Assembly: GCA_963758525.1 (NCBI GenBank)
Contig: CAVWVQ010000001.1
Span: 1 to 64,000, forward strand
Direction of reading: 5' to 3'
DNA length: 64,000 bases
Origin: an uncultured Phycisphaerales bacterium
GTDB taxonomy: Bacteria > Planctomycetota > Phycisphaerae > Tepidisphaerales > Tepidisphaeraceae
Part shown: positions 22,135 to 31,356 of the stretch, piece by piece
How positions within the stretch are numbered: the first letter of the stretch is position 1
How the letters are laid out: every line of letters starts with the position of its first letter
Notes under the pieces: model-generated
Database searches by the model: none
The model's input: only the letters and a program-made list of their open reading frames with translations
Told to the model about the DNA's origin: nothing
Translations under genes and position numbers: made by a program

Positions 22135-23127
22135 ATGTCTTTGGCCGCTGCGCGCATGTTCGAAGCACCTCCCAACGCTCGCCGGAAACCATCGGCGGCA
22201 TTCGCACGCGCTATCTGGGCACTGGTCGCGCTGCTGGGAATGGCGCTGACCGCGGCGCACTCGGCGCGGGCTGACATTCTGATCGTCCGATCTTCGGACG
22301 CCGCCCCGTACACGGAGGCCGACGCGGCCCTGCACGATCGGCTGGGTAGCCGCGCGGAACCAATCCGCAGCGTGCTCGCCAAGCAGCTTGCCGACAGCGG
22401 TTTGGCTGCTGGCATCAAACCCACCGATACGATCGTGGCAGTTGGAACTCCCGCCGCCCGCTGGTTGCACGCTCGGCTGCCCGCCGAAAACCGCCTTGTC
22501 TATTGCATGGTAAACAATCCCGCTGACGCCGGTCTGCTGCAGGGGCATCCCACTTGGGGAGTGACGACCGACGTTGCCATCGACGACCAGATTCATCTGA
22601 TTGCCGAAGCGCTGCCGCAGGCGCGTGTGGTTGGCATGCTCTACCGATCGGACACCGCTGCCGGCAAGGAGGCGGTCAAGATGCTCACTGCCGCGCTCCC
22701 GGCCGGCTGGAGCGTTGAACCGGTCGCGGTGAACGAGGCGCCATCGATCGGCGCCGCGATCGAATCGCTGGTCGCAAAGAACATCGACGTGGTCTGGACC
22801 ACCGCCGACGCAAATCTGTTCGACGCCGCCAGCGTGCGAACCCTGCTCCTGGCGGGCATCCGCAAGAAAATTCCCGTGTGGGGCTATTCCACTGCGTTCG
22901 TGCGCGCCGGCGCCCTGATTGGTGTCGGCGTCGAGCCGCGCGCCCAGGGGACGCAGGCCGCGGAAATCCTGATCAAGCTTCTCGACAACCCCGCGTCCCT
23001 GAAAGAACCAGCTCAGTCTCCGCGCGAATTTCAGATCGCGCTGAATTTGATCGTGGCCCAGCAGCTCTCGGTGGAGATCCCCGAGTCCCTGACTCGCCGT
23101 GCGGCCTTTGTGTTTCGACCGGAGTAG
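22135..23127 (+). CDS. ABC-type substrate-binding-like periplasmic protein
   Basis: Signal peptide; VGMLY, FVRAGALIGV, GTQAAE, IALNLIVAQQL typical of ABC_sub_bind. Confidence 0.8.
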   Translation: MSLAAARMFEAPPNARRKPSAAFARAIWALVALLGMALTAAHSARADILIVRSSDAAPYTEADAALHDRLGSRAEPIRSVLAKQLADSGLAAGIKPTDTIVAVGTPAARWLHARLPAENRLVYCMVNNPADAGLLQGHPTWGVTTDVAIDDQIHLIAEALPQARVVGMLYRSDTAAGKEAVKMLTAALPAGWSVEPVAVNEAPSIGAAIESLVAKNIDVVWTTADANLFDAASVRTLLLAGIRKKIPVWGYSTAFVRAGALIGVGVEPRAQGTQAAEILIKLLDNPASLKEPAQSPREFQIALNLIVAQQLSVEIPESLTRRAAFVFRPE

Positions 23128-23130
23128 GAC

Positions 23131-26070
23131 ATGTTGCGAAAATCGTGCTCGAAACTCAGTCTCCGTGCCAAGGCCACCGGCCTGAGCCTGCTCATTACCA
23201 CGCTCTCGCTGGTGGTGGTGGCGACGACAGGCGTCATTCAGATCCGCGCCCAGATCGCCGCGGAGCAGTTGCGCTCCGCCGATGCCGTCGCCATGGGGAT
23301 GGCGCGCGCGGCGGAATTGCCGCTCGCGGTCGGCGATCGTCAGGAGCTGATGCGCCTGACGGCGAGCTTTCTTCGCGACGAAAACATCCTCTTTGTCGCC
23401 GCCTACGGCCGGGGCGATCAGCCGCTCGGGCTGGCCGTGCGCGATCAGGCGGCGTGGTCCGATTTTCAGTGCGGCCGGGCCGACGCTTACCGGTGTGTCA
23501 TCGGGAAACGCGCGGTGGAAGCGTTCGCCGCGCGGGACGAGTTTGCAGGCGACGGGGACGCCGATCCGTCGCTGGCGCCCGCCGCCAGGCCCGCTGCACA
23601 GGCAGGCGGACTGAGCGGCCGCGTCGTTGTGGGCGTTTCCACCGAAGCGACCGTTCGCGCGGAGAAGGATCAGATCCGGCTCACCCTCGCGGCAACCGCC
23701 CTGGCGGCGGTTCTCGGAGGCGCGGTGCTCTATCTCTCGCTCAGCGCCTGGCTCCGGCGCCTGCAGCGCCTCGCGGCCGCCAGCGTCACCATGGCTGCGG
23801 GCGATTTCAATCAATCGCTCACCGATCTGCACGACGACGAGATCGGAAGCCTGGCGCGATCGTTCGAAGAGATGCGTCTGACGCTCCGGGAACGCGACCG
23901 CAAGCTCCAGAAGTTTACCGACACGCTGCAGGACCAGGTGAAGCAGCGCACGCTGGATCTGGAGACCGCCCTCAAGGCCGCCGAGGAGGCAAGCCGGACC
24001 AAGAGTCTTTTCCTGGCCAACATGTCTCACGAGCTGCGCACGCCGCTCAATGGCGTGATCGGAATGGTCGATCTGCTGCTCGCGGCCGAGCCCAACATGC
24101 AGCAGCGGCGATACTGCGACGTCGCCAAGACCTCCGCCCGCTCCCTGCTGGAGCTGATCAACGACATCCTGGATTTCTCCAAGATCGAGGCCGGCAAGCT
24201 GGAGTTGGATTCCACGGCGTTTGACCTGCTGGAAATGATTGAAGGCGTTGCCACCATGTTCGGCGAGCGCGCAGAGAAAAAGCGGCTGGAACTCATCTGC
24301 GGCGTTGCCGCCAACGTTCCCCCGATGGTTAATGGCGATCCGGTACGGCTTCGGCAGGTGCTGACCAATCTGGTGAGCAACGCCCTTAAGTTCACCGAGA
24401 GCGGGGAGGTGGTGATCGACGTCGCGGTACAGGAGCAGACCGCGACGCACGCAATGGTCCGCTTCAATGTGCGGGACAGCGGGATCGGCATTCCTGCCGA
24501 CCGCGTCGCCCGGCTGTTCCGTTCCTTCTCGCAAGTGGATGCGTCGACAACCCGCAAGTTTGGAGGCACCGGTCTGGGCCTGGCGATATCACAGCGAATC
24601 GCCGAGATCATGGGCGGCCAGATCGGCGTCGAGAGCACGGAAGGGAAGGGATCGACGTTCTGGTTCACGGCCCGGCTGGAAAAGCTCGATATTCCCCGTC
24701 CCACTCGGCGCGAGACGAAGATCGATCCGCGCGGGCTCCGCGTGCTGGCGGTGGACGACAACCAGACCAACCGCGAAATCCTGCGCACCCAGTTGGAAAG
24801 CTGGCATCTGCGTCCCAGCGTCGCCGATGGCGCGCACAGCGCGATGCAGATGCTGCGGGATGCCGCGCGAACCGGCGACCCCTATCGCTTTGCCATTCTC
24901 GACATGCACATGCCCGAGACCGACGGCGCGCAGCTGGCGCGGCAAATCAAGGCCGAACAGGGCCTTCGCGACGTCATCCTGATCAGCCTCAGCTCGATCG
25001 GGGATCGGATCACGCCGCAGATGATGGAGCAGATCGGATTCGCCGCCTGCCTCACCAAGCCCGCGGTTCCATCGTTTCTGTATGACTCGATCATCGATTG
25101 TCTGGCCGCCGGAGCGCCGCGGGGCCGCCGTGACGACTGGGGAATCCCCCAGGCCGCGCCGGCGCTGCGGCTTGATGGAGCCCGCTGCCTGCTGGCAGAG
25201 GACAACGAGATCAACCGGATGGTCGCCTGCGAACTGCTGCAGCAATCCGGCGCCGTGTGCGACGTGGCGGTTGACGGGAAGGAAGCGCTCGGCAAGGCGC
25301 TGCAACAACAATATGACTTCATCCTCATGGACTGCCAGATGCCGGAACTGGATGGGTTTGAAGCGACACGGCTGATCCGTGCGGACGAAGCCGATGCCGG
25401 GGGCCGCCAGCGGCGCGTGATCATCGCCCTGACCGCCAACGCGATCAAGGGGGATCGCGAGCTTTGCATCGGCGCAGGAATGGACGGGTACGTCACCAAG
25501 CCGATCGACCCGTCGGAGCTGCTGGGGACCATTCATTCCCTGGTGCCGCGGCTGCGACCCGCGGGGAAAGCGTCAACCGCTCCTGCGCCGGCAACGGAAG
25601 TGAAACCCGTCGCCGCGGCCTTGAAGACCGCCGCAGCAGCGCCGTCGACCCCCTCCGTGGAAACAGTCTCCGACGGTCGACCGCTGCCGATCGACGTTGT
25701 CTCGCTGCAGAAGCGATGCATGGGCAATCGCAAGCTGGCCGCCAAAGCACTGGCCAAGTTCGAGAGCGTTGTAAGCACGGACATCGCATCGCTGGCAGAA
25801 GGCATCCGCAACGACAACGCAAAGTCCGTCGCTGCCGCGGCGCACAAGATCAAGGGGGCGGCCGGCAACGTCTCGGCCGAAGACGTTCGGCGGATCGCCG
25901 CCGAGCTGGAAATCCTCGGCAAGGAAGCCCGCCTGCAGGACGCGCAGGACGGTCTGGAAAAACTCCAGGATGAGGTGGGGCGGTTCAGGCAGTATCTCGC
26001 ATCGGCCCTGGCGGATCTGGGCGTCGCCGGCGAATTGGCGCCCCCAAGGACGGAGCAACAAAATGCATAA
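23131..26070 (+). CDS. Hybrid sensor histidine kinase (HAMP-HisKA-HATPase-REC-REC-HPt)
   Basis: FLANMSHELRTPLNG, NALKFT, DSGIG, GGTGLGL, two receiver domains, AHKIKGAAGN HPt. Confidence 0.95.
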   Translation: MLRKSCSKLSLRAKATGLSLLITTLSLVVVATTGVIQIRAQIAAEQLRSADAVAMGMARAAELPLAVGDRQELMRLTASFLRDENILFVAAYGRGDQPLGLAVRDQAAWSDFQCGRADAYRCVIGKRAVEAFAARDEFAGDGDADPSLAPAARPAAQAGGLSGRVVVGVSTEATVRAEKDQIRLTLAATALAAVLGGAVLYLSLSAWLRRLQRLAAASVTMAAGDFNQSLTDLHDDEIGSLARSFEEMRLTLRERDRKLQKFTDTLQDQVKQRTLDLETALKAAEEASRTKSLFLANMSHELRTPLNGVIGMVDLLLAAEPNMQQRRYCDVAKTSARSLLELINDILDFSKIEAGKLELDSTAFDLLEMIEGVATMFGERAEKKRLELICGVAANVPPMVNGDPVRLRQVLTNLVSNALKFTESGEVVIDVAVQEQTATHAMVRFNVRDSGIGIPADRVARLFRSFSQVDASTTRKFGGTGLGLAISQRIAEIMGGQIGVESTEGKGSTFWFTARLEKLDIPRPTRRETKIDPRGLRVLAVDDNQTNREILRTQLESWHLRPSVADGAHSAMQMLRDAARTGDPYRFAILDMHMPETDGAQLARQIKAEQGLRDVILISLSSIGDRITPQMMEQIGFAACLTKPAVPSFLYDSIIDCLAAGAPRGRRDDWGIPQAAPALRLDGARCLLAEDNEINRMVACELLQQSGAVCDVAVDGKEALGKALQQQYDFILMDCQMPELDGFEATRLIRADEADAGGRQRRVIIALTANAIKGDRELCIGAGMDGYVTKPIDPSELLGTIHSLVPRLRPAGKASTAPAPATEVKPVAAALKTAAAAPSTPSVETVSDGRPLPIDVVSLQKRCMGNRKLAAKALAKFESVVSTDIASLAEGIRNDNAKSVAAAAHKIKGAAGNVSAEDVRRIAAELEILGKEARLQDAQDGLEKLQDEVGRFRQYLASALADLGVAGELAPPRTEQQNA

Positions 26071-28114
26071 AGGGCTCATCGCCATTTTCAGCGTCTGCGC
26101 TCTTTGGGCCGCCGCCGCACGCGCCCAGAGTTTCGAGCCGGACACTTCCGATTTTCCAACGACGGCGCCGACAACCGCCCGCAGCGGCACGGGCTTCGAT
26201 GCGCAGCCCGCTCAGGACGCCCCCGAACTGATGCTCTTCAACGACATGCCCGTCGTCGTCGCCGCCGGCCGGCGCGAGCAGACGCAGCAACAGGCCGCCG
26301 CCTCAGTCAGCGTCGTCACCGCCGATGATATCTCGCTGTTCAATTACGAGTCGGTCTCCGACGTTCTGCGCGGGCAGCGCAGTTTTTACATTCACACCGA
26401 TGGTCTCAACGACTTCGCCGGAGTCCGCGGATTTCTCCGTCCCGGTGAATGGAATGCGCGGATTCTGGTGCTGGTTGACGGCCGGCCGACCAATGAAATG
26501 AACTACGGCCAGACGCACATCGACAAGGACTTCGTTGTGCCGATGGAAGCCGTCAAGCAGATTGAAGTGGTGCGCGGCCCTGGATCGGCGCTGTATGGAA
26601 GCAATGCGGTCTTTGGCGTCATCAACGTTGTGACCAAGGAGGGGGCGGACGTCAATGGGATCCAGGCGAAGGTGGAGGGCGGGACCCAGGACACCGCCCG
26701 TGTTTCCGCGCTGGTTGGCACCAAGACCAGCAACAACTGGGACCTCCTCGCCTGCGTCACCGGCTACACCAGCCAGGGAGACCACGACGTCTTCTACGAT
26801 CAGGTGCATGACGCCGCCCACAACTTCGGACATATCGAAAATTCCGATTACGAGGGCGTTGAATCCATTTTCCTCAAGGCGAAGAAGGGGGAGTTTACCG
26901 GCGAAGTCGATTTCGAAAACCGTCAGAAGGACAATCGTGCCGCAACCTACGATACGTCCTTCTTCGATCCCGGTTCCGAGCACGAGGAGCGAGCCAACCT
27001 CGCGTTGCACTTCGACCATGAGATCGCTCAGGGCGAGAGCCTCCACGCGATGCTCTATTATGGATCGTATCACTACGAGCAGCGCTGGCGCATCGACTCG
27101 GACGTGCCGACCGCGTATGAGTATCACACCCTCGGCAATGACGACTGGGTTGGCGAGGAAGTTCACTACGACTGGCAGGCGTCGGACACCTTCCACGTTC
27201 TGGCCGGCGCCGAAGGAGCGCAATCGCTCTACACCTATCAGCATGATTTCGACTCGCTGCACGGCTCACTTCTGCACGCCGATCCTTCGTTCAACACGGC
27301 GGGAGTCTTCGCCGAGGGCGAACTGAAGCTCACCAAGTGGTTCACGATCGTCGCTGGCGGCCGAGTGGACAAAGTGCAGCGCATCGGGGTCAACGTCAGC
27401 CCACGCGCAGCCTTCATCCTGCAGCCGACCGCGCAGGATACGGTCAAGGCGCTCTACGGACGCGCCTTCCGAAGTCCCAATCTCTACGAGCAGTTCTATA
27501 ATGTCGCAGGCTTCAATACCGGCAACCCGCATTTGAATCCGGAAATCTGTGACACCTACGAAATGGTCTACGACCATCAGTTCAGGAATGGGTGGCGCAG
27601 CACACTCGATGGTTATCTGTGGCGTCTCTCTGATGCGATGGACGACGTGGTCCTGGCCGATGGAAGCGTCCAGACACAAAACCGCGGCACCACGTGGGCA
27701 CACGGAATCGAAGGTGAAATCGACAAATCGTGGGACAGCGGCGCCAGACTGCGTCTGTATGGAAGCTACACGCGCGATGAACACTCCGGCCATCTCATCG
27801 CCAACTCTCCCCAGTGGATTGCCGGGACCTCATTGGCGTTTCCAGTCTTCAACCGGCGGACGTTTCTGGCACTCGAACCGCAGATCATCGGTCCTCAATC
27901 CAACGATACCGGCTTAATGACCCAAGCGACCTTTCTTACCAATGTCGTGCTCACTTCGCGGGATGTCGTCAAGGGTCTGGATCTGCAGGTTGGCGCCTAC
28001 GACATTTTCTCCAATGGGGCTCGCATGCCTCGCGACAGCGCTTTCAACCAGTTCCAACCCACATTGAACTATCCGAGCACGAAATTTCTCGCCAGCTTAA
28101 CATACAGATTCTGA
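26063..28114 (+). CDS. TonB-dependent receptor
   Basis: Plug motifs RILVLVDGR and IEVVRGPGSALYGSNAVFGVINVVTK; C-terminal LTYRF. Confidence 0.93.
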   Translation: MHKGLIAIFSVCALWAAAARAQSFEPDTSDFPTTAPTTARSGTGFDAQPAQDAPELMLFNDMPVVVAAGRREQTQQQAAASVSVVTADDISLFNYESVSDVLRGQRSFYIHTDGLNDFAGVRGFLRPGEWNARILVLVDGRPTNEMNYGQTHIDKDFVVPMEAVKQIEVVRGPGSALYGSNAVFGVINVVTKEGADVNGIQAKVEGGTQDTARVSALVGTKTSNNWDLLACVTGYTSQGDHDVFYDQVHDAAHNFGHIENSDYEGVESIFLKAKKGEFTGEVDFENRQKDNRAATYDTSFFDPGSEHEERANLALHFDHEIAQGESLHAMLYYGSYHYEQRWRIDSDVPTAYEYHTLGNDDWVGEEVHYDWQASDTFHVLAGAEGAQSLYTYQHDFDSLHGSLLHADPSFNTAGVFAEGELKLTKWFTIVAGGRVDKVQRIGVNVSPRAAFILQPTAQDTVKALYGRAFRSPNLYEQFYNVAGFNTGNPHLNPEICDTYEMVYDHQFRNGWRSTLDGYLWRLSDAMDDVVLADGSVQTQNRGTTWAHGIEGEIDKSWDSGARLRLYGSYTRDEHSGHLIANSPQWIAGTSLAFPVFNRRTFLALEPQIIGPQSNDTGLMTQATFLTNVVLTSRDVVKGLDLQVGAYDIFSNGARMPRDSAFNQFQPTLNYPSTKFLASLTYRF

Positions 28115-28243
28115 AGGATCGCCGTGCAATACGGCGGACCACAATATTTGCCCCCGACCGATCCGAAAAGTATTACTATAACGCTTGCATTGCCGCTGGC
28201 GTGTGGCACTCGAAAAGCCTGCGCATTTCATGCCGTTTTTCCT

Positions 28244-28273
28244 TTGACACTTACACTGGACCTAATCTATATT
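28244..28273 (+). promoter_or_regulatory. Putative sigma70 promoter of the PEP-CTERM gene
   Basis: TTGACA-18 nt-TATATT upstream of 28319. Confidence 0.5.
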
Positions 28274-28318
28274 GCGTCCCCCTGAGGGACGTGAGCCATA
28301 CACCTTTACGGGGGATAC

Positions 28319-29083
28319 ATGAATAACAACAACGTGAGACTCCTTCGCTGGGCAGCCGTGATTGGCGTGAGTATTGGAGCTTTTCAAAACACCGGCCGCG
28401 CCGCGATAAATCCGACTATTTACTTCAACGCAGGCGGCGATCCGCCACAGAGCCCAGGCGCGCTGTTGCCCCTTCCCCAGTTGGTTGCATCGGGATCCGG
28501 TCAGCACACGGGCGTGTTCACCTCAAACGATTCAGGCAATCTTTCGAATCCGGACGGGGCCAACACGCTGAAGGTCATCGGCAGCAACGGAGTCTACGTG
28601 CCCGGGTATGTCGACGGGATTAATGGCGTTGCCGGCGATTCCTCGGATTACCTGAAGATCACCGGGTTCGCGCCATCCACTGACAACATCTATGTTGCCC
28701 TGAAACTGGATGATGCCGGAAAATATATCGACCCGTCGAACACAACGGTGCTCAACCAGATCATCCAGGACATCAACGACAACCCTTTTAATCCCAACTA
28801 CCAGGGGCCGTTGGCGTCGACCGTGTCAGGCCAATTTCTCGGGGTGTTTCCGGGCTACGATGTTCTTTTGGCCTTCCCATCCACCTTCTCCGGAGGCACG
28901 CGACCCGCGGCCGGCACGGCAGAGCAGTTTGATGTCGGCTTTGATTTTACCTACTTTTCAGACACTCACTTCAGCAGTCTGACCGTCACCGACGTTGGCG
29001 TCGTGCCCGAACCAGCATCTCTCGGCTCGCTCGCTGCGGCCGGACTGGTTCTCCTCCCGCGCTATCGCCGCCGCAAGCTTTGA
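28319..29083 (+). CDS. PEP-CTERM sorting domain protein
   Basis: Signal peptide; C-terminal VPEPASLGSLAAAGLVLLPRYRRRKL. Confidence 0.9.
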   Translation: MNNNNVRLLRWAAVIGVSIGAFQNTGRAAINPTIYFNAGGDPPQSPGALLPLPQLVASGSGQHTGVFTSNDSGNLSNPDGANTLKVIGSNGVYVPGYVDGINGVAGDSSDYLKITGFAPSTDNIYVALKLDDAGKYIDPSNTTVLNQIIQDINDNPFNPNYQGPLASTVSGQFLGVFPGYDVLLAFPSTFSGGTRPAAGTAEQFDVGFDFTYFSDTHFSSLTVTDVGVVPEPASLGSLAAAGLVLLPRYRRRKL

Positions 29084-29117
29084 ACGCCGCTCACGCGCAT
29101 CAGCTCCGTAAGGGGCG

Positions 29118-29642
29118 CTACCCATCCCATTGTGATTTGCGAAGTAGCGCGTCTGTGGCTTGACTGCGCCCTGCACCCCGCGGCTTGCTGCCGATCGGTT
29201 TGCGACGCGGCCTATCGCAGGATGCCTGCGTCCGACGTTGCCTCGTCTGCGCCCTGCGCCTCCCCAAGCCAGCCCACAGAGCGAGTGCCGCGTACATCAG
29301 TGCAAGAACGATCCACATCGTCCACGGAAGCCCTGGCGCCCCGCTGTTGTCTTGCGGATCGTAGTACCCGCTCTCAATACGCAGCAGTCGCTCCCGCGAC
29401 CAGCGGGACTGGGCGATGTAGGCGTAGATGCAACTTGCCGCCGCTGCCAACGCCCAGAGGATCGAGAGCGGAACGATGGCATCCGTCTTCCGGTGGCGTA
29501 CTTTCCACGCGGTGCAGATGGGAACCAGAGCCGCTACGACGCATAAGAACAAAATACCTGAAGAAACGACGATAATTGCGATCGACGCGTTGGACTGATC
29601 CGCTGCATCCGCATACGCAAGCATCAGATCCATCTGTGCCAT
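29118..29642 (-). CDS. Hypothetical membrane protein (3 TM)
   Basis: Hydrophobic segments; ORF-track start extends spuriously into the MITE. Confidence 0.6.
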   Translation of the reverse strand: MAQMDLMLAYADAADQSNASIAIIVVSSGILFLCVVAALVPICTAWKVRHRKTDAIVPLSILWALAAAASCIYAYIAQSRWSRERLLRIESGYYDPQDNSGAPGLPWTMWIVLALMYAALALWAGLGRRRAQTRQRRTQASCDRPRRKPIGSKPRGAGRSQATDALLRKSQWDG

Positions 29643-29696
29643 TCTACCAAAAGCTACATGGCTGGCATCGCGAACATGCCAAGCACGGTAGATGAT

Positions 29697-29839
29697 GGGT
29701 GTGGCGCTCGAAAGTGGCGATCGGCTCCGAGTAGGGCGGGATTCATCCCGCCGATTTGTTGGCCGGCTGAGAAAACGGCGGGATGAATCCCGCCCTACGA
29801 TCGCAAAATCTGCAATCGCCACAAATAAAAGTTACACCC
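29697..29839. mobile_element. 143-bp MITE, copy 2, with an 8-bp target-site duplication
   Basis: Identical to 608-750; flanked by TAGATGAT at 29689-29696 and 29840-29847. Confidence 0.9.
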
Positions 29840-30113
29840 TAGATGATGTCGGCAGATTTCGCCAAACGCTGGTAATGTGTTGATGCTGACTTGGTCAAGC
29901 CCACACCATAAACGGCAGCGACCGCTTGAAAGGCAAACACGCGATAGGCGTCATTCTCGTCGCCGGCGTTACCCGTGCATGACTTGCGACATTTAGACGC
30001 CCTCGCGTCAATCCGGCGTGCAATAGCACGGCATTAAGCCATTTCTTTCTAAATCACCGTACGCGAACACGCGCCGGCAATGTGCCAGGTTCCGCGCGAT
30101 TGCATGAAGAAGG

Positions 30114-30208
30114 AACACGAATCTGCACCAATGGGCACCAATCCTCACGAATAAACGCGGGGAAATCTTCTTCGTGTAGATTCGTGCGAATTCGTGTCGA
30201 TTCGTGTT
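30114..30208. repeat. Inverted pair of short tandem repeats (CACGAAT / ATTCGTG)
   Basis: aacacgaatctgcaccaatgggcaccaat ... attcgtgcgaattcgtgtcgattcgtgtt. Confidence 0.65.
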
Positions 30209-30281
30209 CTGCATTTTTTCGGTCACTGCAGACCGGCCGGGATCGCGCAGGGCCATTTAGCCCGTTGCGCGGGTATGCGGC

Positions 30282-31199
30282 TTGATATGCCTGAGGGCGG
30301 TTCGCCACCGGGATCCTCAAGTGAAGACGTCTTATCCCCAACCAAGTACTGCTCGCATCTCTGAGTCCGGCTCCGACCTAGCGAAGGGGAAAGCCAAACA
30401 GCCTGAGGCAAAAAAACCATATAATCAAATCCTTTACGAGGAGGTCAGTGCGGGAATGCGCGAATTGCGCAGGCCCGCGATCAGCCTTTTTCTTTCAGGA
30501 TTGTCCGCGGGTTTGGATGTGGGGTTCAGCCTGCTGTTGATGGCTGCGATGCTGACGCTCGCTGGCGGCTCGTTGAGCAAGCCGGTGCTGGAACTTCTGG
30601 TTGCCAATGTCTACCCCGTGGGCATTTTGTTCGTCGTCCTCGGGCGATCGGAGCTCTTCACTGAACATACAACGCTTGCGGTTCTCCCAATGCTCAATGG
30701 GCAGGCGGCAGCAGGCACCGTGGTACGGCTGTGGATCCTCGTGTACGCGGGCAACCTGCTTGGCGCGGCATTGTTCGCGGCGCTGGCGAGTTACGCCGGG
30801 CCGATGATGGGAATCATTGAGCCGCACGCGTTTGGCCTGATTGCCACCCGCCTCGTGAATCATCCGCCGATGGCGGTTTTCTTCGGCGGAGTTCTCGCGG
30901 GTTGGCTGATGGGGCTGCTCTCCTGGCTGGTCACCGCGTCGCGCGACACGATCAGCCAGATCGCCATCGTCTGGATCATTGCGTTTGTAATCGGATTCGG
31001 GCACCTCCAGCATCCCATCGTCGGCAGCGTCGAAGTGCTTGCCGCCGTCTTTTCGCGGCAAGGCGTCTCCATGGGCGACTTCGGAACGTTTCTGCTCTGG
31101 TCGACCGTGGGCAGCGCGCTGGGCGGCGTGGTGTTTGTCGCGCTGGTGAAGTTCAGTCATGTGAGTCTTGGCTCGACACGGATTAGCGCGAGCGAGTGA
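30282..31199 (+). CDS. Formate/nitrite transporter family protein (YfdC-like); start uncertain
   Basis: SGLSAGL, GRSELFTE, GNLLG, AGWLM, HPIVGS, GGVVFVA. Confidence 0.88.
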   Translation: MICLRAVRHRDPQVKTSYPQPSTARISESGSDLAKGKAKQPEAKKPYNQILYEEVSAGMRELRRPAISLFLSGLSAGLDVGFSLLLMAAMLTLAGGSLSKPVLELLVANVYPVGILFVVLGRSELFTEHTTLAVLPMLNGQAAAGTVVRLWILVYAGNLLGAALFAALASYAGPMMGIIEPHAFGLIATRLVNHPPMAVFFGGVLAGWLMGLLSWLVTASRDTISQIAIVWIIAFVIGFGHLQHPIVGSVEVLAAVFSRQGVSMGDFGTFLLWSTVGSALGGVVFVALVKFSHVSLGSTRISASE

Positions 31200-31356
31200 A
31201 CGGTTGACGCACCGCAGAGCCGGCGAAACGATTATTGACGTTGTCGCCTTTGAAAACGGGTCATATTATCAAAGCGGTCACGGGAAGACCCTCCTGCAGA
31301 AAACGACTTTGTGAAGCAGGGACGCTGGCAAAACGCTGGCGTCCCTGTTTTTGGTC

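Noticed and set aside
21973..24534. 853-aa minus-strand ORF and other long antisense ORFs
   Set aside because: Shadow frames of well-supported plus-strand genes in high-GC DNA
29643..29822. Shared N-terminus MAIADFAIVGRDSSRRF in two ORFs as a protein domain
   Set aside because: It is the translated MITE, not a coding domain
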